A DNA stretch of 64,000 nucleotides from assembly GCF_036365525.1 (NCBI RefSeq), contig NC_090404.1, positions 12,862,550 to 12,926,549 on the forward strand. The letters are read 5' to 3'. Under the pieces are notes generated by a model, which was not told where the DNA came from, searched no databases, and saw only the letters and a list, made by a program, of their open reading frames with translations. Positions 1 through 11,100 of this stretch are shown here, piece by piece (position 1 is the first letter of the stretch; every line of letters begins with the position of its first letter). The stretch comes from Heterodontus francisci (lineage: Eukaryota). The position numbers and the translations under genes were made by a program.

Positions 1-14
1 TAAGCAGATACGAA

Positions 15-312
15 GTCCAGTGTAAAATAATCAGCGACGTAGTCTAATGCAGTAATAACTGAAACAGGGTCCAGTGTAATATAAAGAACGACTGTGTCCA
101 CGTTATTGTGAACAGAGACATGGTCTTGCGCAGTAATAAGTAAGATTGGGCTAAGTGTAATAATAACAGGAATATGGTCTGGTGTTTATAACTGAGACTC
201 GGTCTAGGTTAATGGAAAAAGAGACAGGGGCTAGAGTAATGTAAACAGGGATAGAGTCTAGCGTAATCGAAACAGAGCTGTAATCTGTAACATGTAATAA
301 CTGAGATAGACC
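15..312. repeat. Degenerate ~27-bp tandem minisatellite
   Basis: Repeated units resembling GGTCTAGTGTAATAATAACAGAGACAT; a related array occurs at ~46475-46550. Confidence 0.7.
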
Positions 313-2296
313 CAAAGGTCAACTATATCTCAACAAATAATATGTTTTGCGGTGCGAATGGATTTCACACTTCTCACTGGATCATCTTAAACCAGATTGT
401 GAGAATATTGACGGAATGGGTGTTAGAATTTGTAGAAGAGACTGGAGTCTGTATTATTTATCTACAGACCATCGAGATTGACAGAAACAGGCTGGAGAAT
501 CCACGTCCCTGAGGCCAAGTGAACTCCCCACTGTAATCGGAGTCGGAGAAGATTTTAAACCCACCGAATTTCTAATATACAAGTCTCAGAACTGCCAGTT
601 GGTGAAGCTGGCTCCAGGAATCTTGGTTCGGCAGTTAAAGGGAGACTCTGTGTGTGGCCAGTATAATACTGATGCTGCGAGATGATTCCTTGGTGTTAGA
701 ACATAGAAACATAAGAACTAGGAGCAGGAGTAGGCTATTCGGCCCCTCAAGCCTGCCCCGCCATTCAATAAGATCATGGCTGATCTGTCCCAGACTTCAA
801 CTCCTCTTTCTTGCCAGCCCCTCATAGCCCTCAACTCCCCGATATTTCAAAAATCTATCTACCATCTCTTTCAATACTTTCAGTGATCTAGCCTCCACAA
901 CTCTCTGGGGTAGAAAATTCCAGACATTCACTACCCTCTGAGAGAAGAAATTCCTTTGCATCTCAGTTTTAAATGAGTGTCCCCTTATTCTGCAACTATG
1001 TTCCCTACTTCGAGATATCCCCACTAGTGGAAACATCTTCTCAAACTCTACCCTGTCAAGCCCCTCAGAATCTTGTAGGCTTCAAAAAGATCACCCCTCA
1101 TTCTTCTAAACTTTAATGAATGAAGGCCTAACCTGTTTAAGTCAACCCCTTCATCCCAGGAATCAGCCTGGTGAATCTCTTTTGAACTGCCTCCAATGCC
1201 AGTATATCCCTTCTTAAATACGGGGGCCAAAACTGACACAGTACTCCAGGTACAGCCTCACCAACACCCTGTACAATTGTAACAAGCTTTCCCTATTTTT
1301 AAACTCCAACCCCCTAGCAATAAAGGCCAAAATTCCATTTGCCTTCTTAATTACTTGCTGCACCTGCATGCTAACATTCTGTGCTTCATGCACAAGAACA
1401 CCCAGATTCCTCTGTTCTGCACCTTTTTGGAATCTCTCTCCATTTAAATAATAGTCAGCCTTTTGATTTTTTCTGCCAAAGTGCATGACTTCACACTTTC
1501 CTACATTAAACTCCATCTGCCAGGATTTTGCCCACACACTCAACCTATCTGTATCCCCTTGCAGATTCCTTATGTCCTCATCGCAACATGCCTTCCTACC
1601 TATTTTTGCATCATCAGCAAATTTGGATATATTATCCTCTGCCCCTCCTCCAAGTCATTAATATATTTAGTAAATAATCGAGGCCCGAGGAATAATCCTT
1701 GTGGCACTCCACTGGTTCCGTCTTTCCAACCTGAAAAAGACCCATTAATCCCGACTCTCTGTCTTCTGTAAGTTAACCAATCCTCAGTCCATGCTAATAC
1801 GTTACACCCAATACCATGAGCTCCTATCTTGTGCAATAATCTTTTATGCGGCACCTTATCGAATGCCTTCTGGAAATCCAAATACACTACATCTCCCGGT
1901 TCCCCTTTATCAACTCTGCTTGTTATATCCTTAAAGAGCTCCAGAAAATTTGTCAAACATGATTTCCCTTTCACAAAATCATGTTGACTCTGTTTGATTG
2001 CGTTCAGCTTTTCTAAACGTCCTGCTATTTCTCCTTTAATAATGGACTCTAGCATTCTCCCAACGACCGATGTTAGGCTGACTGGCCTATGGTTTCCTGC
2101 TTTTTGCCTCCTTCCCTTCCTGACAGGGGCGTCACATTAGCGGTTTTCCAGTCTGCTGGGACCCTCCCGGAATCCCGGAGTTCTGGAATATTTCGACCAA
2201 TGCCTCCACTATCTCTGCAACCACTTCCTTTAAATCGCTTGTATGTAGGCCATCAGGTCCTGGCGACTTGTCTGCCTTTAGTCCCATTAGTTTGTT

Positions 2297-4325
2297 CACC
2301 AAGGAGGAGGACTTGGTGGATGATGAGCCTAGGGAAGGGAGTGCAGATAGTCTCAGTCATCTCATCATCAAAAAGGAGGAGGTGTTGGGTGTCTTGCAAA
2401 GCATGAGAGGTATAGACAGGGTGGATAGCAAGAGGCTTTTTCCCAGAGTGGGGGATTAAATTACTAGAGGACACGAGTTCAAAGTGAAAGGGGAAAAGTT
2501 TAGGGGGGATATGCGTGGAAAGTTCTTTACGCAGAGGGTGGTGGGTGCCTGGAACGCGTTGCCAGCGGAGGTGGTACATGCGGGCACGATGGCGTCTTTT
2601 AAGATGTATCTAGACAGATACATGAATGGGCAGGAAGAAAAGAGATACAGAACCTTAGAAAATAAGCAACATGTTTAGAGAGAGGATCTGGATCGGCGCA
2701 GGCTTGGAGGGCCGAAGGGCCTGTTCCTGTGCTGTAATTATCTTTGTTCTTTATAAGTCCCCAGGGCCTGACGGGATCTACCCTAGAATACTGAGGGAGG
2801 CAAGGAAAGAAATTGCTGGGGCCTTGACAGAAATCTTTGCATCCTCATTGGCTGCAGGTGAGGTCCCAGAGGACTGGAGAATAGCCAATGTTGTTCCTTT
2901 GTTTAAGAAGGGTGGCAAGGATAACCCGGGAAATTATAGGCCGGTGAGCCTTATGTCAGTGGTAGGGAAACTATTAGAGAGGATTCTTCGGGACAGGATT
3001 TACTCCCATTTGGAAACAAACGAACTTATTAGCGAGAGACAGCATGGTTTTGTGAATGGGAGGTCGTGTCTTACTAATTTGCTTGTGTTTTTTGAGGAAG
3101 TGGCGAAGATGATTGATGAGGGAAGGGCGGTGGATGTTGTCTATTTGGACTTTAGTAAAGCCTTTGACAAGGTCCCGCATGGCAGACTGGTGCAAAAGGT
3201 GAAGTCACATGGGATCAGAGGTGAGCTGGCAAGATGGAAACAGAACTGGCTCAGTCACAGAAGACAGAGGGTAACAGTGGATGGGTGTTTTTCTGAATGG
3301 AGGGATGTGACTAGTGGTGTTCCGCAGGGATCAGTGCTGGGACCTTTGCTGTTTGTAGTATATATATATATTATTTGGAGGAAAATGTAGCTGGTGTGAT
3401 TAGTAAGTTTGTGGATGACACAAGGGTTGGTGGAGTTGCGGATAGTGATGAGGATTGTCAGAGGATACAGCAGGATATAGATCGGTTGGAGACTTGGACG
3501 GAGAAATGGCAGATGGAGTTTAATCTGGCCAAATGTGAGGTAATGCATTTTGGAAGGTCTAATTCAGGTGGGAGGTATACAGTAAATGGCAGAACCCTTA
3601 GGAGTATTGACAGGCAGAGAGATCTGGGCGTACAGCTCCACAGTCACTGAAAGTAGCAACGCAGGTGGATAAGGTAGTCAAGAAGGCATACGGCATGCTT
3701 GCCTTCATCGGTCGGGGCATAGAGTATAAAAATTGGCAAGTCATATTGCAGCTGTACAGAACCTTAGTTAGGCCACACTTAGAATATTGCGTGCAATTCT
3801 GGTCGCCACACTACCAGAAGGACGTGGAAGCTTTGGAGAGGGTACAGAGGAGGTTTACCAGGATGTTGCCTGGTCTGGAGGGCATTAGCTATGAGGAGAG
3901 GTTGGGAAGACTCGGATTGTTTTCACTGGAACGACGAAGGTGGAGGGGCGACATGATAGAGGTTTACAAAGTTATGAGCTGCATGGACAGAATGGATAGT
4001 CAGAAGTTTTTTCCCAGGGTGGAAGAGTCAATTACTAGGGGACATAGGTTTAAGGTGCGAGGGGCAAAGTTTAGAGGGGCTGTGCGAGGCAGGTTTTGTA
4101 CGCAGAGGGTGGTGAGTGCCTGGAACTTGCTGCCAGGGGAGGTGGTGGAAGCAGATACGATAACGACGTTTGAGAGACATCTTGACAAATATATGAACAG
4201 TAAGGGAATATAGGGATATGGGCCCCGGAAGTGCAGAAGGTGTTAGTTTTGGCAGGCATCAAGATCAGCGCAGGCTTGGAGGTTCGAATGGCCTGTTCCT
4301 GTGCTGTACTGTTCTTTGTTCTTTG
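2297..4325 (+). mobile_element. Younger 5'-truncated CR1 LINE inserted into the minus-strand CR1; itself carries a CR1 3' fragment at ~2402-2752
   Basis: ORFs 2671-3390, 3375-3650 and 3665-4213 with [49 protein letters not shown]; ends in a TGTTCTT repeat tail. Confidence 0.92.
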
Positions 4326-4885
4326 AATACTTTGTCCCTCGTGATAGAGACTATTACAAGTTCTTTCCTCCCATTAGCTACTTGCTTATCTGATATCCGT
4401 GGGAAGTTTATAGTGTCCTCCACCGTGAAGACCGATGAAAAATATTGGTTTAAATTATCTGCCATTTCCCTGTTCCCCTATATCAAATTTTCATTCCCTT
4501 CCTCCAAGAGTCTCACATTAGCTACTCTCTTTCTTTTTATGTGCCCCGTAGAAGCTCGTGTTCTTTGTTTATATATTTCTTGCCAATCTACATTCACAAT
4601 CAATTTTCTCCCTCTTTATTAGCTTTTTAGGCATCCGGTGCAGGTTCCTAAAACAAATGCCCAGTTCTCTGGACTACCACTAGTTTCCGCCACTTTGTAT
4701 GCCTTAGTTTTTGATAGGATACTCTCCTTGACCGCTTTTGTTAACCACGGGTGGTTCATCCTTGTCATGGAGCCCTTCTTTTTGATCGGGATAAATTTTT
4801 GCTGAGCGTTATGAAATATTTGCTTAAATGTCTGCCACTGCTGATCCACTGACCTCAGTCTATTTTCTCAGTCTGCTTTAGACAA

Positions 4886-5190
4886 GGGTAGCACAGTGGT
4901 TGGCACTGCAGCCTCACAGCTCCAGGGACCCGGGTTCAATTCTGGGTACTGCCTGTGCCGAGTTTGCAAGTTCTCCCTGTGACCGCGTGGATTTCCGCCG
5001 AATGCCCCGGTTGCCTCCCACAGCCAAAGACTTGCAGGTTGATAGGTAAATTGGCCATTGTAAATTGCTCCCAGTATAGGTAGGGAATATGGGATTGCTG
5101 CAGGGTTAGTATAAATGGGTGGTTGTTGGTCGGCACAGACTCGATGGGCCACAGGGCCTGTTTCAGTGCTGTATCTCTAAATAAATAAAT
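4886..5190 (+). mobile_element. tRNA-derived V-domain SINE (HE1-like shark SINE)
   Basis: tRNA-like head (cagtggttggcactgcagcctcacagctccagggacccgggttcaattc), V-domain GAGTTTGCA..TTCTCCC, CR1-type 3' tail; similar to 10096-10460. Confidence 0.85.
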
Positions 5191-6460
5191 ACGGTTCATA
5201 CCTCTGCAATTGCCCTTGTATAATTTGACGACACTGGTTTGAGACCTGAGTTGCTCACCCTCAAGCTGAATTTGAAATTCTACCATGTTGTGATCGCTGC
5301 TCCCTAGAGGATCCTTAACTACCATACGTCTTATTAATCCTACCTCATTACACACTACTAGATCTAAAATAGCCTGTTCCCGGGTAGGTCCTACGATGAT
5401 TTGCTCTCAGTAACAATCCCAGGTGCACTCTACAAATTCTTCTTCCATGTTCCCTTCTGCCAATTAGATTTGTCCAGTCAATATGCAGATTAAAATCACC
5501 CATGACAAGTGTAGCGCCCTTCTTACTCGCCTCCATTAATTCCAGGTTAATACTTTGTCCAACAGTGAGGTAACTCTTCGGGGGCCTATAGACGACTCCC
5601 ACACGTGACATCTTCCCCTTGCTATTCTTTATTTCCACACAAACTGATTCCACATCACGATCCATTGGGTGTTTGCTGCCATTTGGTGGAATAAATCAGA
5701 ATTTCGCCCAGCGGTTTTCCTTAAATCCGGAGAACTATTGTGTACCAGTTTCTGAAGGACACTACATCAAAACGGTTGTGATAATTGAATATTTTTAGTT
5801 AGTACATGACAAAGCACAGGTAACAAGTCAGATTGCTAAGCATCTTACCAGGTAAGGCAATAGATGCACCAGAATTGACAATACCCGTTCCTTTTGGGAG
5901 CAGTGTTGATCTCTTGCTCTGCATTGCTCAAGCTCGCATCTTTTACGTTTTGAGCTTTCATGTGTTGTATATTTTATATTTTAGTTGCATCTTGTTAACT
6001 TGATAGCATTCCAGTGTCTTCAGGTTATTTTTTAAATTAATAATGAACACGTTTAACCATTAAATCATCTTGCATATTATGCCATCATCTTCAGTGAGTC
6101 TGCGCGCTGTTTTCTCATCTTTAGACAAGGTTCTTTTCATGGTTTGTATCTCACTATTGCAAACTTTCTGATACTTTTAATGGCCTTTTTGGATTCAGTT
6201 GGTCTTCTGACCATCTGGCTCCGTGCCGAGAACACACCACACTGGTCCCTACAGATTATTATTCCATTAATCATTATCTGTCAGTTTCTAATCCTGTCCT
6301 AAAAATAACCTCTTAGAACCTGTTTATATTGTGGAATATGTGTAAGGATCTTTAGCATTAGGAAATGTTTAATCAAGTTGTAATTATTAGGATCTTCCCC
6401 ACCTGGCTTACTTCAGCCTGCACTGTAGACTGACATTGCAAACTATTCAGTATTTGGTCA

Positions 6461-6577
6461 TTTGCAGTGAGTTATATCGGAAGCAGCGGTGTACGTATAT
6501 AACTAGTTCCGGGCCACCTGTTGGAGTTTGTATTCTCAACGTGAATGGCGAGTTCCCAGAGATACACAAATAAACAG
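6461..6577. repeat. ~115-bp segment duplicated at 7741-7857; contains a CTCF-like motif
   Basis: Direct comparison: gcagtgagttatatc...ggccacctg(t/c)tggag...cccagagatacacaaataaac present in both copies. Confidence 0.85.
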
Positions 6578-6807
6578 CAGCCAGTTCTGCCCTCACACAG
6601 TTAATGTGATAATCAGACGGAATCAGCATTTGATGTGAACGATTTTAGATGGTGTTTATGTGGATTGTCCTCGGGGTCTGCCCGCACAGGAATGTATTCA
6701 CGTGTCAGTGTGTGAGCCGCTGTTATAAACAGCCCTCCGCAGACAGCAGCTGTGACCCAGAAACCTGAGGCAGTTATTGTACGAGGCTTTAGCTCTTTCC
6801 CATCATG

Positions 6808-7111
6808 AGAGACTCAGTGTACAGTAATAGACCGCGGTGTCAGACAGCTGCAGCTCCGAGATGGTCAATCGGTGCAACTTGCCTGACTGCGGGATTGTAC
6901 CAGAAAACCGGTTCTGAGCGAAATGCGCCTTAAATTCATCGCCGCCGCTCGTGTCCTTCCGGACTGCAAACTCGGACTGTCTGCCTGGGTATTGGCGGTA
7001 CCAGAATAAGTAATAACCGTCGCTGGGATAGTTGCAGGTTAAAGTGACATCTTCTCGCTCTGTCTGTGTGAGCAAGGACTTCCGCTGTGTAACAGAATCT
7101 CCATCCCCAGA
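6808..7111 (-). pseudogene. TCR alpha/delta-type V exon (V1), probably non-rearranging
   Basis: DSVTQ..VTLTCNY..LFWYRQYPG..FAQNRFSG..LTISELQLSDTAVYYC. Nonamer ACAATAACT at 6772-6780, but the best heptamer is CATGATG with a 20-bp spacer. The acceptor phase is atypical. A weak candidate leader (MVWVTFIVII) lies at ~8004-8035, beyond CR1 debris. Confidence 0.85.
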
Positions 7112-7157
7112 TCTGGAACACACGATTAAAGAAAACAGAAGTCACCGACTTAAATTT

Positions 7158-7960
7158 CATAGAAAGATAGAAAATAGGAGCAGGAGTAGGCCATTCGGCC
7201 CTTCGAGCCTGCTCCGCCATTCATTATGATCATGACTGAAAATCCGCAGCCAGTTTCATAAAATTAAATAGAGTTTGGTGCACAGAAAAGGTCATTCGGC
7301 CCAATTAGTCCATACCAGGGTTCACACTCCTCATGAGCATCCTCCACTCCTCTTCATCCCACTCTATCAGCATATCCTTCCATCCCTTTCTCCCTCATCT
7401 GTTTATCTAGCTTCCCCTTAAATGCACCTATAAGTTTCACCTCAACCCGCCTTGTGGTAGACAGTTCCACATTCTCACCATTCTCTGGGTATAGAAATTT
7501 CTCCTGAATTCCCTAGTGGTTCTTTTGGTGACTCTTATATTTATGACCCATTGCCTTGGTATAGTCCACAAGTGGAATCGTGTTCTCCAGTTCCACCTGA
7601 CGAACACCTTCGTAATTTTAAAGGCAACTATCAGATTGCCCTCAGTCTTAGCTTTACGAGAGAAAAGATCACCAGCCTGTCCAGTGCTTTCTGATAGCTA
7701 TTACCTCTCACTTCTGGCGTCATCCTTGTAAATCGTGTTTTCTGCAGTGAGTTATATCAGAAGTAGCGGTGCACGGACATAACTAGTTCCAGGCCACCTG
7801 CTGGAGTTTGTATTCTTAATGTGAGTGGTGAATTCCCAGAGATACACAAATAAACCTGTGCCCCTACATCCTTGTTGTCATGGCGATCAGAGCTGCTCAC
7901 AATACCCCAATTCTGGTCTAACCAAGTTCGATACAGGTTTACCATGAACTCTGTTTTTCA
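7158..7960 (-). mobile_element. CR1 3' fragments within the V1 intron region
   Basis: CR1 3' tail (gagcaggagtaggccattcggccc) and degraded RT C-terminal sequence; interrupted by the 7741-7857 duplicate. Confidence 0.75.
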
Positions 7961-8120
7961 AATTTATGTTTGTAGAAATTAATCCCCTTTTAAGGTTTTA
8001 AACTTGATAATGACTATGAATGTCACCCAGACCATGGCGAGAACAGCATTGCTGCTGCTCGAGAATTCGAGAGAACTGTGTCTCAGGAATCTGCAGAACA
8101 TCAAACAGAAAGAGCTGAGG

Positions 8121-8200
8121 CTGGTCTGACGTCACTTCCTGCGGAGCATCAAATAGAAAAAACTGAGAGGATTGGCTCTGACTGGTCTGATGTTACTTCC
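8121..8200 (-). promoter_or_regulatory. Duplicated Ets-CRE composite motif, candidate V1 promoter
   Basis: AGGAAGTGACGTCA on the minus strand (TGACGTCA at 8127-8134) and an imperfect copy at ~8182-8200, about 100 bp upstream of the candidate V1 leader. Confidence 0.45.
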
Positions 8201-8269
8201 TTAACTATAAGTCATTGTTTATTTCAGAAAACTGAGACATTAACGTCGCATTCTGCTCATCAGGGCCAA

Positions 8270-8420
8270 AGATTAATAAACGTGGACAGATCGATATCTA
8301 ATTGACTCGAGACAGATTGATCTAGAATTGATCTGACAGGCAGTCTGATGTTTAATTGACCAGAGAGACAGTTTGATCTCCAATTCATTTCAGAGAAATT
8401 TTTGTCTTTACTTGACCTGA
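8270..8420. repeat. Short degenerate tandem repeat (~27-bp unit)
   Basis: Recurring AATTGAC..GAGACAG.TTGATCT units. Confidence 0.5.
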
Positions 8421-8822
8421 GGGAAGCCCTCTCCAAGAAACAAAGACAGGTGTTGAATGTAGATAAAGATTTTCAGTTTATGTCACTCTGTCACTAATCA
8501 GACTGAGCTGGTTGACGGGGATCAGCTTTGATTACTCCTCTGCTGAAGTCGCACAAGGGAAGATTCTGCCGGTCTCTCTGTGGTAGTGACATGCCAAACA
8601 GAACGGGAAAATGCATAGCCAGTGAATAAGGGAAACTTGCAATTTAACACACATTACCTGGTAAGTTGGCTTACTCAACCTTTGTCAGTGGATTCCTCAT
8701 TATAGGATGAATGAAATCTGAAATTCTCTATTCGGAGCTGATGAAGAATGACTGTGCCATTCGGAGCATCGTGGGACAGTTGGTGCAGTCACACACGGTT
8801 CTAGACACACACAGTGTGCTGA

Positions 8823-8861
8823 AGTTTTTGTACAGGGTGTACACGGAGCTGTATAGCTGTG
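8823..8861 (-). promoter_or_regulatory. 23-bp-spacer recombination signal sequence (RSS) of V2
   Basis: Heptamer CACAGCT (8861-8855), 23-nt spacer, nonamer ACAAAAACT (8831-8823). Confidence 0.9.
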
Positions 8862-9303
8862 GGTCTCAGAGCGCAGTAATACATGGCGCTGTCTGACAGC
8901 GCCGCCGCAGAAACTCTCAGTTGAACAGTGCTCTCCTCTGTGCTCAGCTCTGCTGTAAAGTGGTCCTTGGCGAAGTCGGCTGGGAAGATGCCGTATTTGG
9001 TGATACGCAATACGTTTACCGGAGCCCGACCGGGAAGCTGCCAGTACCAGAAAAGATAAGGGTCTGTATCTTTTGTTGTAAAATTACAATTCAGCGTCAT
9101 CGCTTCTCCTTCCGGCACCGTCCTGGTCGAATAGTCTTGATGCACAGAATCTCCGCCAAGGCTGCCGGCTGGAAGAGAAATTGAACATTTACAAATCGCC
9201 GCCTCAATAACTGTTAGTGTTTACTTATACACAGATTCCACGTGTACTTACACAGCACAGAGAGGGCTAAAGCCACGCCGAAACAAATAGGGAAACACAT
9301 CAT
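8862..9303 (-). CDS. TRAV: Apparently functional TCR alpha/delta V gene segment (V2): leader exon 9303-9252, V exon 9168-8862
   Basis: Leader MMCFPICFGVALALSVL with phase-1 GTAAGT donor; ttccag acceptor; in-frame DSVHQ..LNCNF..YLFWYWQLPG..ADFAKDHF..LSDSAMYYCALR with no stops; RSS follows. Confidence 0.92.
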
Positions 9304-10095
9304 TGCCCGCTGGTCACAATATAAGCCTCGACCTCTTCTCTAATGTGACAAAAACTACTACCAGCACCGGAGCAGGCTGACAGGGATAGGAGGGAATTGA
9401 CTCTGCAGCCATGTCATATCCGTTTGTTACAATGTCACATCATCAGACAACAGGAAGAATTGTTGTGCTTGCTGTGTGTGCAGCAACATCAGAACTGTAT
9501 CGATGACGAGTCTTCTGATCAGTATTTCAGGCGATATTGTAAACCCTTTATAGTTTTTCAACAATTTAATCACAAAGAACATGTTTAAGGTAAGTTTAGA
9601 GAGACCCCAGAAATAACCGTCATGGAAGAATTTGTGATTCACACTGCTCAGTGAGGAGGGTAATTATCCCCATCCCTTAGTTATTTTTTTCGTTGCAGGT
9701 AGCAGTGACGTTTTACATAGACAGTACTGAGCTGCCCTTAGCGTTACCTGGGGGACAGTAAATGATTTACAATCACAAATAACGACCAAGAGTCTACGGG
9801 AAATTGCTCCAGAGCCACAATTGACCAGAGACTGAATGGTGCCAGTTTTCCTGGGGCAATGTCACCTCCTAGTCCTTCTTTATTTTCCCTTCTGAGATCA
9901 TTTCATAGAATCCCACAGATATGGAGGAGGTCATTCAGTCCATCGTGCCCGTGCTGGCATTTCCCCATAGGCCTGTAAGTTTGTCCTTTTTCGAATATAT
10001 ATATATATATATATATATATATCTTAAGAAAAGAAACAGAGAAAGCTGCACCGAATACGATTGGTGGAAAAAAATAATGGAAATGTGAATACCAA

Positions 10096-10460
10096 GGGCG
10101 GCACAGTGGCGCAGTGGTTAGCACCGCAGCCTCACAGCTCCAGGGGCCCGAGTTCGATTCCGGGTACTGCCTGTGTGGAGTTTGCAAGTTCTCCCTGTGT
10201 CTGCGTGGGTTTTCTCCGGGTGCTCCGGTTTCCTCCCACAAGCCAAAAGACTTGCAGGTTGATAGGTAAATTGGCCATTATAAATTGTCACTAGTATAGG
10301 TAGGTGGTAGGGAAATATAGGGACAGGTGTGGATGTTTGGTAGGAATATGGGATTATTGTAGGATTAGTATAAATGGGTGGTTGATGTTCGGCACAGACT
10401 CGGTGGGCCGAAGGGCCTGTTTCAGTGCTGTATCTCTAATCTAAAAATCTAATCTAATCT
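10096..10460 (+). mobile_element. Full-length V-domain tRNA SINE (HE1-like)
   Basis: GGGCGGCACAGTGGCGCAGTGGTTAGCAC A-box and GTTCGATTCC B-box, V-domain, CR1-like 3' end with (TCTAA)n tail. Confidence 0.9.
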
Positions 10461-10499
10461 ACCCAGAGTGGCAGATGTGACGCTAGAGGCATTAGTATT

Positions 10500-11100
10500 T
10501 TAGCTGGGCATGAGGACTCGCCATGTTTCTGTATGGGCCAGGAAGTCTTCATGGACTACCTTGAGAGTGGGAGCAGGTGGCCAGAGAGGTCAATGCCCAG
10601 CGTCTGAAACTGTGGGCCTGATAGCAATGCCACAAGAAATGCGATAACCTCAGGGTGGGTGATCAAGATCAGTGAATACAACTTCACAAGATCTCTCCTA
10701 TCCAAACACCTATAATTCTGTTCAGCGCTCCAAAACACCATCAATCACCGACTTCCAGGCGCTCATGCCTAGCATCCACATACCCAACCTCACCCTCATA
10801 CACCAACCTCTGCTTCCAGCTGCATACTGACCTCTCTCTGCCACCAGATACCTCCATTTATCCAGCTCTGACAAGAATATCACCCAAACATAGTGGTACA
10901 CGATCATTCTGCCCTCTGTCTTGCAGGGCAAGGTGGCCCACAATAGAATGGAGCAGAGCAGAACTGGTGGGGTTAAGGAGGCCTGCATCTCCTGAGTCCT
11001 ATGGAGGAGATGGCTTTCAGCATCCTTGGGTCGACAGCGACAGAGCTCGTGTCACCTGGCGTCGCTGGGAACATTGAGGATGGTGTCATGTTCCTGCTTT
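10500..11100 (+). mobile_element. Degraded PIF/Harbinger-type Myb/SANT ORF relic
   Basis: EWEQVAREVNA....QCHKKCDNL followed, after a ttgcag acceptor, by KVAHNRMEQSRTGG..LSPMEEMAFSILG, matching the Myb/SANT-like Harbinger accessory protein pattern; stops present. Confidence 0.6.

Larger units (their letters stand above)
698..5670 (-). mobile_element. Degraded CR1-clade LINE (ORF2 endonuclease/RT) hosting nested insertions
   Basis: Minus-strand fragments GVVYRPP/GDFNL (endonuclease), GKSCLTN, YLDFQKAFDKVPH, SGVPQG, FFSQRVVNVWN; interrupted at ~2297-4325 and ~4886-5190. Confidence 0.9.

Noticed and set aside
6120-6305. Hydrophobic frame resembling a TCR constant-region transmembrane exon
   Set aside because: Lacks the conserved charged Arg/Lys, needs a frameshift, and no C-domain exon is recognisable upstream.
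10096-10165. tRNA gene
   Set aside because: A/B boxes belong to the head of a SINE followed by a V-domain and LINE tail.
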